Source: Octopus vulgaris
Lineage: Eukaryota
Direction of reading: 5' to 3'
DNA: 64,000 bases
Assembly (NCBI GenBank): GCA_951406725.2
Contig: OX597829.1
Location: 55,366,001 to 55,430,000, forward strand
Translations under genes and position numbers: made by a program
The notes under the pieces: model-generated
The model's database searches: none
The model's input: only the letters and a program-made list of their open reading frames with translations
Told to the model about the DNA's origin: nothing
Shown: positions 28,271 to 42,645 of the stretch, piece after piece
Layout: every line of letters begins with the position of its first letter
How positions within the stretch are numbered: position 1 is the first letter of the stretch

Positions 28271-28798
28271 ATATCTATCTATCTATCTTAACACACATTC
28301 ACACACACACACACATCATATACGCACACATATATATCATATGCGTAATGTTAAAATCACACAAGCAGAAAAATATATACGCCAGGCGGAATAAAAGTCA
28401 TTTATGTAATATATACATTTTCAAGTATATATATATCAATTTATCTACCTATTGATTTATGTACACTCATACGAAAGAAAATAGAAAACTCACACGCCCA
28501 AAGGCACACTTAGGTGCATAAAAAGTTGAATGTTAGCATTACTAGTGTAGTCAGTGAATTAATTTCATTTAACTAAAATTGTAAACAGAGGAATGAGAAC
28601 AAATCATTATCGAAATAATTATTTGTTGAATACAGTAAGTGGGTTTGGTCAGAACTTAATGAATACAGTAAACAAATTCTGGACGTGTTTTAGCCTACGT
28701 TGACCACATTAGCGAACCATAGTTTAATTTTCACTATGGAATCTTAAAGCAACTAAAGTAATCCCTCGTCATATCGCGATATATACAAATTATATTAA

Positions 28799-29338
<540 letters not shown>

Positions 29339-29689
29339 TACAGTACAGTACTATTTCTACTTCGCGGATTTCCACCTATCGCGGGGCGCTTCTGAACGTA
29401 ATAACCGCAATAGTCGAGGGATAACTGTTTACGTTTATTGGGAACAATAGAATAGCATATAAAACACTCAGGAACTCCCATTGCATGCAAACATAAGAGT
29501 AAAGTTTGGTTTATTCCAACTCAAAAGCTACCAATGATAAGACAATGCCAAATCAAAGTTATAGTAAAGTGTTTGCAGCTTCGTCTCTTTACGACGATGT
29601 TTTACTAAAGAAGGGGTGGCTGGGCATTTCCCCTGGCCGTTCACTCTCTCCCTCCTTCTGTATATATTCTACCTATATACAATTCTTTC

Positions 29690-29873
29690 ATTCTTTTATT
29701 TGTTTCAGTCATTTGACTGTGGCCATGCTGGAGCACCGCCTTTAGTCGAACAGATCGACCCCAGGACTTACACTTTGTAGACCTAATACTTATTTTATCG
29801 GTCTTTTTGCCGAACCGCTAGTTTACAGGGATGTAAACACACCAGCATCGGTTGTCAAGCGATATTGGGGGGA

Positions 29874-29912
<39 letters not shown>

Positions 29913-30618
29913 ACGCACGCGCACACACACATACGTAATATATACATTTACATTTAGGTAGTGGGTAGCGATTTTCTTCACTACTTCAGGGAGTGACGAC
30001 CCTGCCTGACACGAGTTTCGGGCTCAGCTGGCTCCGGCTGACAGTACTTGGGATGGGCCCCTATCCAAGGTTACGGAAAGGAGACAGCCTTCAAAGAAAT
30101 CTGGAGTGGAGCCCCGTAGGCGGTTTAGTGTTTCGACTCGACACTCCGGCAGCTCCTGCAACCAAGCTGGTGCCAAACGTAATGCTCTGCACTCCTTTGG
30201 GCTATGTCAGCAAGGTCGAGAGAGGAATCCTGACGATTGGGCTACCCAGGATTTTCTTACATCTAGCCCAGGCCTGCGCAAAATTGGAGAGGACGAGAAA
30301 TGTAAAACCCAGACTGGATTAGCTTATGCGCAACTCCATTGTCTCTCGAGTCAAAAGGATCCAACAATATATATACATTTACAGGTATATATATATATAT
30401 CAATTTATCTACCTATTGCTTTATCTACACTCATACGAAAGAAAATAGAAAACATGCGCACTTACATGCATAAAAAGTTGAATGTTAGCATTCTATAGAT
30501 AAGTAGATAGATAGTTATATAGTAAGAAAACATTTGCCCAAGGTGCCGCGCACTGGAACTGAACCCGGAACCATGTGGTTGGTAAGTAAGCTACTTACCA
30601 CACAGCCACACCTGCGTC
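29690..30618 (-). mobile_element. SINE family A, interrupted (tail 29690-29940, head 30528-30618)
   Basis: Tail and head halves in the same orientation, separated by inserted DNA. Confidence 0.7.
29955..30368 (+). mobile_element. GC-richer insertion, possibly an RTE-derived non-autonomous element
   Basis: Sharp compositional contrast. GGAGTGGAGCCCCGTAGGCGG recalls RTE 5' regions (weak recognition). Interrupts a SINE. Confidence 0.4.
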
Positions 30619-30637
30619 TATATATGTATAATATAAA

Positions 30638-30870
30638 GCGCAGCGAGCTGGCAGAAACTTTAGCACGCCGGGCGAAATGCTTGACGGTATTTCGTGTGCC
30701 GTTAAGTTCTGGGTTCAAATTCCGCCGAGGTCGACTTTGCCTTTCATCCTTCCGTGGTCGATAAATTAAATACCAGTCGCGCACTGGGGTCGATGTAATC
30801 GACTTAATCCGTTTGTCTGTCCTTGTTTATCCCCTCTGTGTTTAGCCCCTTGTGGGTAGTAAAGAAATAT
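30638..30870 (+). mobile_element. SINE family B, Tx1-tail subtype
   Basis: Full head and core; tail CCCCTCTGTGTTTAGCCCCTTGTGGGTAGTAAAGAAA. Confidence 0.9.
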
Positions 30871-31039
30871 ATATATGTATAATATGTATATATATACGTG
30901 ATGGACTCTCCCGTTGAAGACGACGTATGAGTGATCAGCTTTTGCTGAACAACCTGCTCAAATAATTTTAAACTTATTATAGAGATCAAATGGATGCACC
31001 GGAAATTAGCTCACCCTCCCTTCCATCTAATCGACGTTG

Positions 31040-31195
31040 CTTGGACAGGTGCACGATGGACCATGGGTCAGTGTCCAAGTGATCAAAGAGCAACGTCAGA
31101 TGAAGTGCTTTGCTCAACAACACAATGTAACACCTGGTCCGGGAATTGAAACTGCGATCTCGCGATTGTGACTACAACACCCAAACCACTAGGTA
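31040..31195 (-). mobile_element. Degenerate family C-like SINE head
   Basis: AAGTGCTTTGCTCAACAACACAA..GGGAATTGAAAC..AACCACTAGG. Confidence 0.6.
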
Positions 31196-31239
<44 letters not shown>

Positions 31240-31326
31240 GTATTTGTTTTGCAAGATCCCTGACGTGACAACCTGTGTTGAAGCACATATTGTTATATTT
31301 TGGGATGATCATTTTTTTCTTACCAA

Positions 31327-31611
31327 TTAAACACACGCACTATATTCTTCACTATATTCTTCACTTCTTTGTTATGTCCATTGTCTGGAAATATTTTGTC
31401 ACACACCTGTGACCTCTTCAGTAACTCCCCATCCCAGGCGTCTTCTGTTCTGTTTAGTCAGAAGGCGTCACGGTTAGTCAGGAGGAAACACGTGAGATGG
31501 AGAGTCGCTGAAGAGGTCACAGGTGTGTGACGAAAGATTTCCAGACAGTGGACATAAAATAAGAACAATAACAAAGAAGTAACGAACGAGTATATAGTGC
31601 GTGTGTTTATT
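31327..31611. repeat. Inverted repeat with a hammerhead-like core
   Basis: Arms about 31327-31433 and 31496-31611; CTGAAGA-GGTCAC..GTGAC-GAAA at 31508-31535. Confidence 0.85.
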
Positions 31612-31694
31612 CGTCATATATATATATATATATACACGCATATATGGAAATTTATATATACACGCTCACACACATGTATATAATACGCACATTC

Positions 31695-31841
31695 GTGGCT
31701 TTATGGTAAGAAGCTTGCTTCCCAACCACATGGTTCCGAGTTCAGACCCACAGCATGGTACCCTGGGCCAGTGTCTTCTACTATAGCCTTGGGCTGACCA
31801 AAGCTTTGTGAGTGGTTTTGGTAGACGGAAACCGAAAGAAG

Positions 31842-31881
<40 letters not shown>

Positions 31882-32090
31882 TTTTGTGTTTGTCCCCTGC
31901 TACCGCTTCACAACCGGTGTTAGTGTGTTTACGTCCCTGTAGCTTAACGGTTCGGCAAAATAGAGACCGTATAGAATAAAAATCATGCTTAAAATAAATA
32001 ATCAATGGAGTCGATTCATTCGACTAAAAATTCTTCAAGGCTGTGCCCCAGCATGGCTGCAGTCTAATGATTGAAACTAGCAAAAGATAA
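31695..32090 (+). mobile_element. SINE family A, diverged
   Basis: Head, core and tail recognisable. Confidence 0.85.
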
Positions 32091-32134
32091 TATATATATA
32101 TATAAATGCATATATACATACATAAAAGAATAAT

Positions 32135-32376
32135 AATGCTCAGGTGCACCAAAACTTGTTAGAAAGTGCGTATAAAGCATATGCAGTAATGTAAAAATGT
32201 CTGGAAAGCGAACAATGTATCAATCAGATACATGCTTGTGTGTGTATGGAGGGGAGAAAATCAGGTGTAGTGTTGGTGAATCTCAGGAAGCATGGAAGTT
32301 TTGAAGGATGCAGTGCTCCGACAACTAACAACTGATGCCGGCAGTTTGTTCCATGCTTCAGCAATTCCCAGCGTGA
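32135..32376 (-). mobile_element. CR1-type LINE 3' end
   Basis: FTLGIAEAWNKLPASVVSCRSTASFK (WNxLP motif) plus a short UTR. Confidence 0.7.
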
Positions 32377-32782
32377 ATGTACATACCTACATATACATGT
32401 ATATATACATGCATATATGGGTACAGGACATCAAAAAAATGTGAACAAAATAACATTGTAGACGAACATTTTTTCCCGACAACGAAACAAACAGATAAAC
32501 GAGACAGGCAACATGAAGAACATTCCCTTCATCAGTTGTCCCCTGTTTTATCTACTCCACGTTTCGAAACCCTGGCAACTGATGAAGGGATTTATGTTCT
32601 TTATGTTGCCTGTCTCGTTTCTCTATTTGTTTCTTTCGTTGTCCGAAAAAAATGTTCGTTTTCCATGTTTCTGTTGTTTTTTTTATGTTCTCGTTTTTCA
32701 TTTCGTTCACGTTTCTTTGAAGTCCTGTATACATATATGCATGTATATATACATATATATATATATATGTAGGTATGTACAT
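32377..32782. repeat. Inverted repeat of Penelope pLTR type
   Basis: Arms meet around 32540-32575. Each carries CAACTGATGAAGGGA; CGAAACGT lies in the spacer on the minus strand. Confidence 0.85.
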
Positions 32783-32786
32783 ATAA

Positions 32787-32829
<43 letters not shown>

Positions 32830-32844
32830 GGTATGTACATATAA

Positions 32845-32880
<36 letters not shown>

Positions 32881-32936
32881 ATGTACATATAAGTATATAT
32901 ATATATTTATGTATATATATGTGTGTGTACATATAA

Positions 32937-33009
<73 letters not shown>

Positions 33010-33039
33010 CCTATATGTACATACCTACATATATATAGA

Positions 33040-33248
33040 TCGCATGTTGATTTACTAGCTTCTGCACGCATTTTTTTTCTCTCCTTGTTTCTTTCCGTGT
33101 TTTCTTTTCTGTGTATCTTTCTGTCGAAGAGCGTAGGCTCGAAACGTAAAAGACTTGTTTTATTTATATTCCTGAGCGCCATACTAATACAATTGTTTGT
33201 TTGTATTCTACCTGCCTTCGTCTTTTGTTTATTTTCATAATGCTTCCC

Positions 33249-33252
<4 letters not shown>
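33040..33252 (+). mobile_element. Short (TA)n-embedded element with a minimal hammerhead-like motif
   Basis: TCTTT-CTGTCGA-AGAGC-GTAG-GCTC-GAAAC-GTA-AAAGA at 33116-33153; related copy at 23105-23272. Confidence 0.65.
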
Positions 33253-33325
<73 letters not shown>

Positions 33326-33726
33326 GAAACAGCCGTAAGCTGACGAAGTTCAATCGGTCATCTCTTCTCTTTTCTCTCTCTTTCTCTCGCTCTGCACACA
33401 CACGTGTACATATATTATGCACACACATACAAACACATACATATACATTACACATCATATAGAATTAACATAAATACATTTACAAATATAGTTTCACATA
33501 CAATCGCACACACAATATACACACGCACGCTCGCTCTGATATATGCCCATTCATTTTCGCATGACTATATAATTAGTATAATAATAGTGATAATGATAAA
33601 TAATAATGATAGTAATAATACATTTATAATAAAGATAAACTGATACAAGACATGTATATATGTAGGTGAGTTTACATATAGGGACATACACGTACATGCA
33701 TGCATTCATCCATTCATAACACCAAT

Positions 33727-33735
33727 GTCTGTCTG

Positions 33736-33810
<75 letters not shown>

Positions 33811-33815
33811 GTCTG

Positions 33816-33886
<71 letters not shown>

Positions 33887-33891
33887 GTCTG

Positions 33892-33939
<48 letters not shown>

Positions 33940-33940
33940 C

Positions 33941-33978
<38 letters not shown>

Positions 33979-33986
33979 GTCTATCT
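33727..33986. repeat. (CTAT)n array
   Basis: Seen directly. Confidence 0.95.
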
Positions 33987-34025
33987 GCTTTCCTGTCTGT
34001 CATTCTACTTTATACACACACACAC

Positions 34026-34081
<56 letters not shown>

Positions 34082-34082
34082 T

Positions 34083-34432
34083 TCTCTTTTACTCTTTTAC
34101 TTGTTTCAGTCATTTGACTGCGGCCATGCTGGAGCACTGCCTTTAATCGAGCAACTCGACCCCGGGACTTATTCATTTGTAAGCCCAGTCTCTTTTGCCG
34201 AACCGCTAAGTCACCAGCATCGGTTGTCAAGCAATGCTAGGGGACAAACACAGACACACAAACACACACATACATACATATATATATATATACATATATA
34301 CGACAGGCTTCTTTCAGTTTCCGACCCGAGGCTATAGTAGAAGACACTTGCCCAAGGTGCCACGCAGTGGGACTGAACCCAGAACCATATGGTTGGTAAG
34401 CAAGATACTTACCACACAGCCACTCCTGCGCC

Positions 34433-34433
<1 letters not shown>
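34083..34433 (-). mobile_element. SINE family A with internal deletions
   Basis: High identity to other copies apart from several short gaps. Confidence 0.9.
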
Positions 34434-34481
<48 letters not shown>

Positions 34482-34482
34482 G

Positions 34483-34547
<65 letters not shown>

Positions 34548-34850
34548 ACATATACACTCATATATACGCATGCACACACGCATTCAGACAAATAGACAAA
34601 CCAACAAATAATCTTATCCACACGCACAGATACATTTTCACACACGCGCACACACACACACGCACACACACGTGTCCGTGTATGGGTGTGTGTATATGAA
34701 TACTTATCTATCCTTCCCGCCTGTTTATCAATCTATCTGTCTGTCAGTCTATCTACAACTTGTGTGAGCGTGAGTGTATGTATGTGTGTGTAATACAAAT
34801 ATATATATATATATACATATATACATATATGTGTATGCATGTGGGTGTAC

Positions 34851-34884
<34 letters not shown>

Positions 34885-35621
34885 ATGTATGTATGTATGT
34901 ATGTATGAATGTATGAATGTATGTATGTATGTATGTATGTATGTATGTATGTATGTATGTATGTATATATAAAGTACACACACACACTAACACTCCGATA
35001 CATATACATATTTACAAGAGAGTTTATTGTTTAATTCAATTGGTTATAATTTAATAAAATGCATTTTTTAGCTAAAAGTGTTTAAAATATATTCTAAAAA
35101 ATTAACCAAAGGCCTAATTCTGTGACGATGTATGTTAAGAAATATTCAGATAACGGCAATTAATACTGAAATATTACAGTGTTCTGAGGAGTTCCTCTCT
35201 CTCTCTCTCTCCAGTCAAACTAGCGGACAAAGCAACCTTTCTCTGCTGGTAGTCTGATTTCTCCACCTCCGTAAATGTTTCTTCTCATGATGTCCCACCT
35301 CCAACCTACATATAGTTATCCACAACCAGCATACCATCCCCACCGGCAAACTTTAAACGGCGCAGAGACTAAGCACCAGTTCTTTGCCTACCAACTTGCT
35401 GAGAACAGTATCTCGTTGCGGTGTGCGTCGCAAGAGACAAGCTGCCGACAATTTTCGAAGTTGTACATACATATATATACATATATATGAATATATATAT
35501 GTATATATATATATTTAACAAAGTATAACTCTTAAAGTAGTATTGTTAATATTCTTTTAGAACATTAGATTTCTTTTTTAGATAGACAATCACTTCTAAA
35601 GTTTATAGGAATAGAACCGCA

Positions 35622-35855
35622 ATGATGAATATAAATTATTGGCGCACAGTTGTAATTAAAAATTTTATTTTTATCCAGTTCATCACAATCTATATCTTTA
35701 ATTGTGTTCGAACTAACGATGCTCTTCCACAATCCAGCTTTTTCGATTTTGGTACTAATGATCAAATTTTACCAAATACAGACGACATTAGTTCCAACGA
35801 GATACATCTGCGGCTTCCAATCGCTTTCTATGACAAGAAATACAAAAGCATCTTT
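35622..35855 (+). CDS. First coding exon of a nidogen-like (NIDO/G1 domain) extracellular matrix protein
   Basis: ATG, hydrophobic signal-like segment, then FFDFG..D..LP..DDISSNEIHLRLPIAFYDKKYKSIF, resembling the nidogen N-terminus. Phase-0 donor TTT|GTAAGT at 35855/35856 lies just before the expected VNxNG motif. Another NIDO-family gene (e.g. SNED1-like) is not excluded. Confidence 0.85.
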
Positions 35856-36516
35856 GTAAGTATTCGATATTCTTATCACTCTCATTCATCTTATATTGAT
35901 TGGTTTTCTATACATTTAATCGTTAATTTCTTTTGTCTATGATATTGTTTTTATGATTATTTTCTATGTTATTTATTGCATCATAAACATTTTATGCATT
36001 GAGTCAATTTGTAATGTTTTTTATTTTATCTATTCATTTTATTTATCTATTCATTTGTTTCTGTCAGTGATACTTTGTACAGAATATTAATAAGGCGAAA
36101 ACCCTCATCCGCTGGATGCCAGGGAAAACCACAGTTATGTTTGCAGGAACACGTGCTTTCCCTATCTAAATGTTGTCTGTCTATGTTTATGTGCGTATAT
36201 ATATGTATATCTATGTGAGTGTATAATATATACATATACATACATACTTACATACATACATATATATATATATATCTACACACACACACATATATATATA
36301 CATATATACATATATGTGTGTATTTGTGCGCATATATATGTGTCTGTGTGTATAATATATACATTTATTCATACATAGATATATGTATACGCGAAGTTGA
36401 GATGCATTGTAAAATGTTGTGTATGAAACGTTAATTTGATATATTAGTGGAAATGTATATGAAATTTTAAGATTAATTTTTGATTAGCATTATGTAATAA
36501 TAATCTCATTACTGGG

Positions 36517-36773
<257 letters not shown>

Positions 36774-36952
36774 GCACATATGAACACAGTATATTTAAGC
36801 CGGCCCACTGGATTGGGTTAAGCAAACTAATGCACTCCACGTTTATATTGAGTTCTTCTCTGGATCGTTACCTATATGCGTATATATATATATATATATG
36901 TGTGTATATAAAAACATATATGTAAATATTTACAGAAGTGTATATGTGTGTG

Positions 36953-36988
<36 letters not shown>

Positions 36989-37088
36989 TATACAGTCACA
37001 TATATGTGTGTGTATGTCGCAAACACTTATGTGTGCAGACAATTGTATATTCATACATACATGCACGCGGACACATGTCTGTATATTA

Positions 37089-37142
<54 letters not shown>

Positions 37143-37160
37143 GTATATGTTTATACACAT

Positions 37161-37213
<53 letters not shown>

Positions 37214-37299
37214 CATGAAATATTATCTGATCTGCATGAGTCAAGTTGAATCTTAGAGCCTGACACTTGATTCTCAGAATTTTATCACATCTTTCGCAG

Positions 37300-37331
<32 letters not shown>

Positions 37332-37649
37332 CTTGTCGAAACCTCATCAGGGATCGATTTAAAACACATTAAAATTTATTCAGAAACTCGAAAGATTTTC
37401 TATCCTGATTCCTATCACGTATACGTTGCTATAGAAGAGTTTGAAAACGATCCTTAGTCATTTCATCAGTTTCAAAAGAGAGCAAAATTATAAACATGAG
37501 GTGGGAGCGATTTGATCTCAGAAACCGAAGGATAGTATTTTAGTCCCGATAGAATTTTGTCCGGTTATTTAGTTATTCAGTTCATCGGGAGATTTTCTCT
37601 TTAATTGTAAATTTTAACGCATAATTTGAATCTTGTAAATGATATTTTA

Positions 37650-37868
37650 TGCGTGCAGACATAACTGTGCGGTTAAGAAGTTCGCCTCGAAACCACGTGG
37701 TTCCGGGTTCGTTCAGAGTGTACGGCACATGGGCGAAGAATTTCGGATTTCGCCTCGGATTAGTGGGTACAGAAACCCGTCATATTAGACACATACGCGC
37801 GCGCGCACACACACACAAACACACACACACACACGTATGTGAGTGTGTGCATGTAATGTATGTTTATA

Positions 37869-37904
<36 letters not shown>

Positions 37905-38075
37905 TGTATGTATGTATGTATGTGCATATGGGTATATACATATTTTATGTTTACACCACTTTAAAAGCTTGTGTTGTGTTTTGTCTCTTAGTATGCATTA
38001 ACTTAGCGCTCCGACACAAAATAATCGATAAAATAAGTACTAGGCTAAAATGAAATAAGCACTGATTAAATCTTG
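37650..38075 (+). mobile_element. SINE family A, very degenerate
   Basis: AACCACGTGGTTCCGGGTTC head; AACTTAGCG..ATAAGTACTAGGCT tail. Confidence 0.6.
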
Positions 38076-38149
38076 AAACTAGTAAAAGAATAGGAAGAGT
38101 TAAAAAACACACAAAAAACTTCCCATTTACGGCAAAAATTATGTATGTT

Positions 38150-38570
38150 GGCGTAAATGTAGCTGTGTGGTAAGGAGCTAGCTTTCCAACCACATGGTTC
38201 CGGGTTCAGCCCCACTGCGTAGCGCCTTGAGCAAACGTCTTCAGTTATAGCCTCCCGTCGATCAAAGCCTTGTGAGCGATTTGGTGTGTGGAAACTGAAA
38301 GAAGCCTGTCGTATATGTATATATCTAAGTATGAGAGTGTTTGTGTTTGAGTCAGTCCCTCCCTACCACCAATTGACCATCGGCGTTGGTATGTCTACGT
38401 CCCCGTAACCTAGCGGTTCGGCAAAAGAGACCGGTGGAATAAGTAGCTTAAAATAAAAGGTCTTAGACTTAAAAATACAAAGTTTAGGGTCAATTTGTTC
38501 GACTAAAATAACATCAAGGCATCGCCCCAGCGTGACTGCTGTGCAATAAGTGAAACAAGTAAAAGATGAA
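38150..38570 (+). mobile_element. SINE family A
   Basis: Full length, diverged. Confidence 0.85.
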
Positions 38571-39484
38571 AGAAGATTCAAGATATCTTTTCCGCCATAT
38601 TTTTCCATCATGAAGAATGAGCAACAGGAAAACAGTTAATTGGAAAATGAGGAATTCTTAGCTGAAATTTATGAGTTCGGGAAGGCTCAATATATACACT
38701 CATTTATTTAACAAATGTAAATCTTAGGGAACTGAAGATACAGTTAAAACAAAAAGAGAGAGAGAGAAAAATAGAAGAATATATTGAACTTAATTATCTT
38801 TTATTTTAGCAGACGTTTATCACACTGAGCTATATTCTGCATTGAATATCGTTTTAACACATCAAATATCTTCATAAGAAGTTTTAAAAAAAAGGAAAAA
38901 GAAAACGTCATCTCACTAAAAATGTCTTTGTTCTCTTTCTCTCTCTTCTTAAAAATGTTGTTTTCAGTATCTTCCTATTGACTACCTCTCTTGTCCTACC
39001 CGATTCCACCCAATATTGTGGCATAGTCTCAGACATATCAAATTGCATTGAAAACCCCGTTTGTCCCGCTCCTCTAATCACACTACATTTTGTTTGTTGT
39101 TTTATTCCATTTCATTTTATCCCTCACTTTTAGGAAGCGGGATAAAGGGTTTATAACTGAAAGAAAGACCTTCTCGTCGTCTGCGAGTATTACACACCCA
39201 TATGTTCAGCTCCTAGGGTGATCTATCACGCGTTTATTCGCGCACGCTCTGCTTGCATGTCTGTCTGCCTGTCTGTTTGTCTGTCTGTCTGTCTCTTTCT
39301 CTTTTTCGTTCTGTGTGTACGTCTGTGTGTACGTCTGTGTGTATATATATATATACAAACGTACACACTCCCAAATGTATAATATCAATACAGACAACTA
39401 ATAACACAGATTTGCATCGCATCCCTAAATGATGAGCAATTTTATGAAATTTGAGGATAAATCTTTCTGGAACGTGTGAAAGAT

Positions 39485-39582
<98 letters not shown>

Positions 39583-39589
39583 GTTTATA

Positions 39590-39925
39590 TGAGGGTTTAG
39601 TCGACATCAGTACTTATTTTCTAAAATTCTGGTACTTATTTAATCGCCCTCTTTTTGGTAAACCGCTAGGTCCTGTGGACGTAAAATAGACCAGCACCGA
39701 TCGTCAAACGATGTAGAGGTGGGGGTGAATAAAAACAACACAAAGATACACACACGACGGGTTTGCACAAACTCTTCCCCTACCAAATCCACTCACAAGG
39801 ATTTGGTTTCCTGGGGCTATAAAAGAATGGAAGACGCGTACCCAAAGTCCCACATAGGGGGATTGAACCAGAACTACATGGTTGCAAAACAAGATTCTTA
39901 AACACACAACCATGCTTGTGCCTAT
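39590..39925 (-). mobile_element. SINE family A, degenerate
   Basis: CTACCAAATCCACTCACAAGG and flanking motifs. Confidence 0.7.
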
Positions 39926-40374
39926 ATATATATATGCACACACACACAATATGCATACGCGCTCGTGTGTGTGTAAAAATGGTGGAGAACAGCGTTGGTC
40001 CACGATGGTTACATTAACTCGTACTCTTAGATATTGCTATTGAAGGTCACGCCCTGAAAATTCTTTTAGCATTCTTTAGAAAAAGATGAACAACTTGCTT
40101 GAAGTGATGATTGGTAACTACTTCCTACACACTTTGGTAAAATCATCAGATGGAGATTGCATTATGTTATAGACAAGATAAAAAAACGAGGGCCATAAAA
40201 ACCGAGCGTGTGTTAATCAGTTTATAATACTGAGAAGAATAAAATTGCCCCAAGGATTGGTAAAGAAATCCAAATCGTGATTCTGTAAAGGAAAAGAGTA
40301 GAAGAAAAATCCGTGACAAAAATGATGAAATCTTGGTGTTGTCAGGCAATGTTTTTGATATAAAATCTTGTTGA

Positions 40375-40526
40375 ACAGACTGTGAGGTATGAAGTTTGTT
40401 TCACAGCCGCATGGTTTCAGGTTCAGTCCCACTGTGTGGTACCTTAGGCAATTGTCTTCTGTTGTAGCCCTGAGCTGGCCAAAGTCTTTTGAGTGGATTT
40501 GGTAAACGAAGAATGAAAGAAGCCAG

Positions 40527-40575
<49 letters not shown>

Positions 40576-40835
40576 TCTATTTATACGTGAGTGTGTGTAT
40601 ATGCGTGTGTGCGTGTGTCTTTGTATTTGTGTCTGTTTGTCCCCCACTACCGCTTGACAATCATTGTTGATTTATTGACGTCCCCATAACTTAGCAGTTC
40701 AGCATAGGGAACGTTAGAATAAGTACCAGGCTTCAAACAAAAGAAAACAAATATTGGCGTCGATTCGTTCCCCTGAAACCTTTCGAGGCGTTGCCCCAGC
40801 ATGGCCGCAATCCAGTGAAGAACGAAACGAGTAAG
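40375..40835 (+). mobile_element. SINE family A, diverged
   Basis: Head, core and tail present; internal repeat is (CA)n. Confidence 0.8.
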
Positions 40836-40989
40836 AGTGATGAGGTGCATAAACTTGTAGAAACAGAATCGGTTTGAAACAATGGCGTGAAATATATTTC
40901 TGTTCGGTGAATCTAAACCATTCGCAAATGCCTTCTTTGCAACGAGACATAACACGGAAGGAATCGGAGCTTTTTTTATTTTTCTCCTG

Positions 40990-41158
40990 CGGAAGCGTGG
41001 CTGCGTGGTAAGTAGCTTGCTTACCAACCACATGGTTCCGGATTCAGTCTCTCTGCGTGGCACCTTGGGTAAGTGTCTTCTACTATAGCCTCGGGCTGAC
41101 CAAAACCTTGTGAGTGGATTTGGTAAACGGAAACTGAAAGAAGCCCGTCGTATATATA

Positions 41159-41222
<64 letters not shown>

Positions 41223-41250
41223 TGTGTTTGTGTGTATTTGTGTGTGTGAT
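40990..41250 (+). mobile_element. SINE family A, 5' half
   Basis: Head and core running into (TG)n(AG)n; tail absent. Confidence 0.85.
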
Positions 41251-41970
41251 TATTCCCGATGTTTCCCCGGGGCAGCCCGAAGATATCGGAAATTAGTGAT
41301 TGTATGATTTTTAGATTTCAACCGAAGACGGTTGGAAATAGCAGAATCATAGAAGGCGATGTATCATCAGGCATTGTATGTTGGAATAACATCATACGTG
41401 AATCAAGCTTTTACTAGGCTAGTTCCACGATTTACTTTACACTACCAGGATGTCTTAAAGAGCATTCTATAGAATTAAATATCAAATTCCTTAGTTGTAC
41501 ATCTATCTCCAACCTTGTTAATAATATTTTATTTAAATCTATCTTCGTTGTAATCAAAGAAAAGAGCGAGTGTTTGGGCATCCTTTGTACACTTCATTCT
41601 TTAAATTTAAGAATTTCTTTAAAATTTTACGCGTAGTGATGTAACGTATAAATCAAGTTTTTTTTTTTGTTCGAGAATCAGCATTCAGTTATATTTTGAT
41701 CTAAAAGGATTCGTCCATATATTGTGGGTCCAATTATTTTGACAACCAAAATCAACCATTCACAGTATAAATATAAAGGAAATGCAGCTCTTCTTGTAAA
41801 CACATTGCGCCGAAAATACAACTCATTAAAGAAATTAATTCAATTAAAATGTTTGTGTTTGCAGATTTAACCGTTTATTGAACTATTCGAACAATTTTTC
41901 AAAAATGCGAACAATGGTTCAAATAATTTTATTCTTCGCGAGTTCTCTACTCGTCATCATGACCTCGTAA

Positions 41971-42370
41971 GGCGGCGAGCTGGCAGAATTGTTAGCACGC
42001 CGGGCGAAATGCTTTGCGGTATTTCGTCTGCCGCTACGTTCTGAGTTCAAATTTCGCTGAGGTCGACTTTGCCTTTCGTCCTTTCGGGGTCGATTAAATA
42101 AGTACCAGTTACGCACTGGGGTCGATATAATCGACTTAATCCGTTTGTCTGTCCTTGTTTGTCCTCTCTGTGTTTAGCCCCTTGTGGGTAGTAAAGAAAC
42201 AGGTATTTTGTCTGCCGCTACGTTCTGAGTTCAAGTTCCGCCGAAATCGACTTTACCTTTCATCCTTTCGAGGTCGATAAATTAAATACCAGTTGTGTAC
42301 TGGAGTCAATCTAATCGACTGCACCCCCCACCCCAAAAAATTTCGGGCTTTGTTCCTAGAGTAGAAAAAA
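41971..42370 (+). mobile_element. Tandem SINE family B: Tx1-tail copy followed by a 5'-truncated copy with the alternative tail
   Basis: Core sequence repeats from 42202. Confidence 0.9.
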
Positions 42371-42427
42371 TTATCATGACTTAGTTCTGAAATCTGCATT
42401 TTTCTGTTTAATGTGTTTGAATAGATA

Positions 42428-42645
42428 TTGGTTTTTAATTGTGGCACAAGGCAAGCAATTTCGATGGAGAAGATAACTCGACTACATCGACCCCAATATA
42501 CATCCGGTACTTGTTTTATTGACTCCTTACAGAGTGAAAGACAAAGTCGGTGTTGGCGGAAATTGAACTCCGAACGTAAAGACGCACGAAATGTCACAAG
42601 CATTTTGGGCGGCGTGCTATCCTTTCTGCCAGCTCACCACTGCCT
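42428..42645 (-). mobile_element. SINE family B, diverged
   Basis: Tail-to-tail with the previous copy. Confidence 0.75.

Noticed and set aside
37325-37355. Minus-strand CCCTGATGAGG next to (TA)n
   Set aside because: No downstream GAAA or stems.
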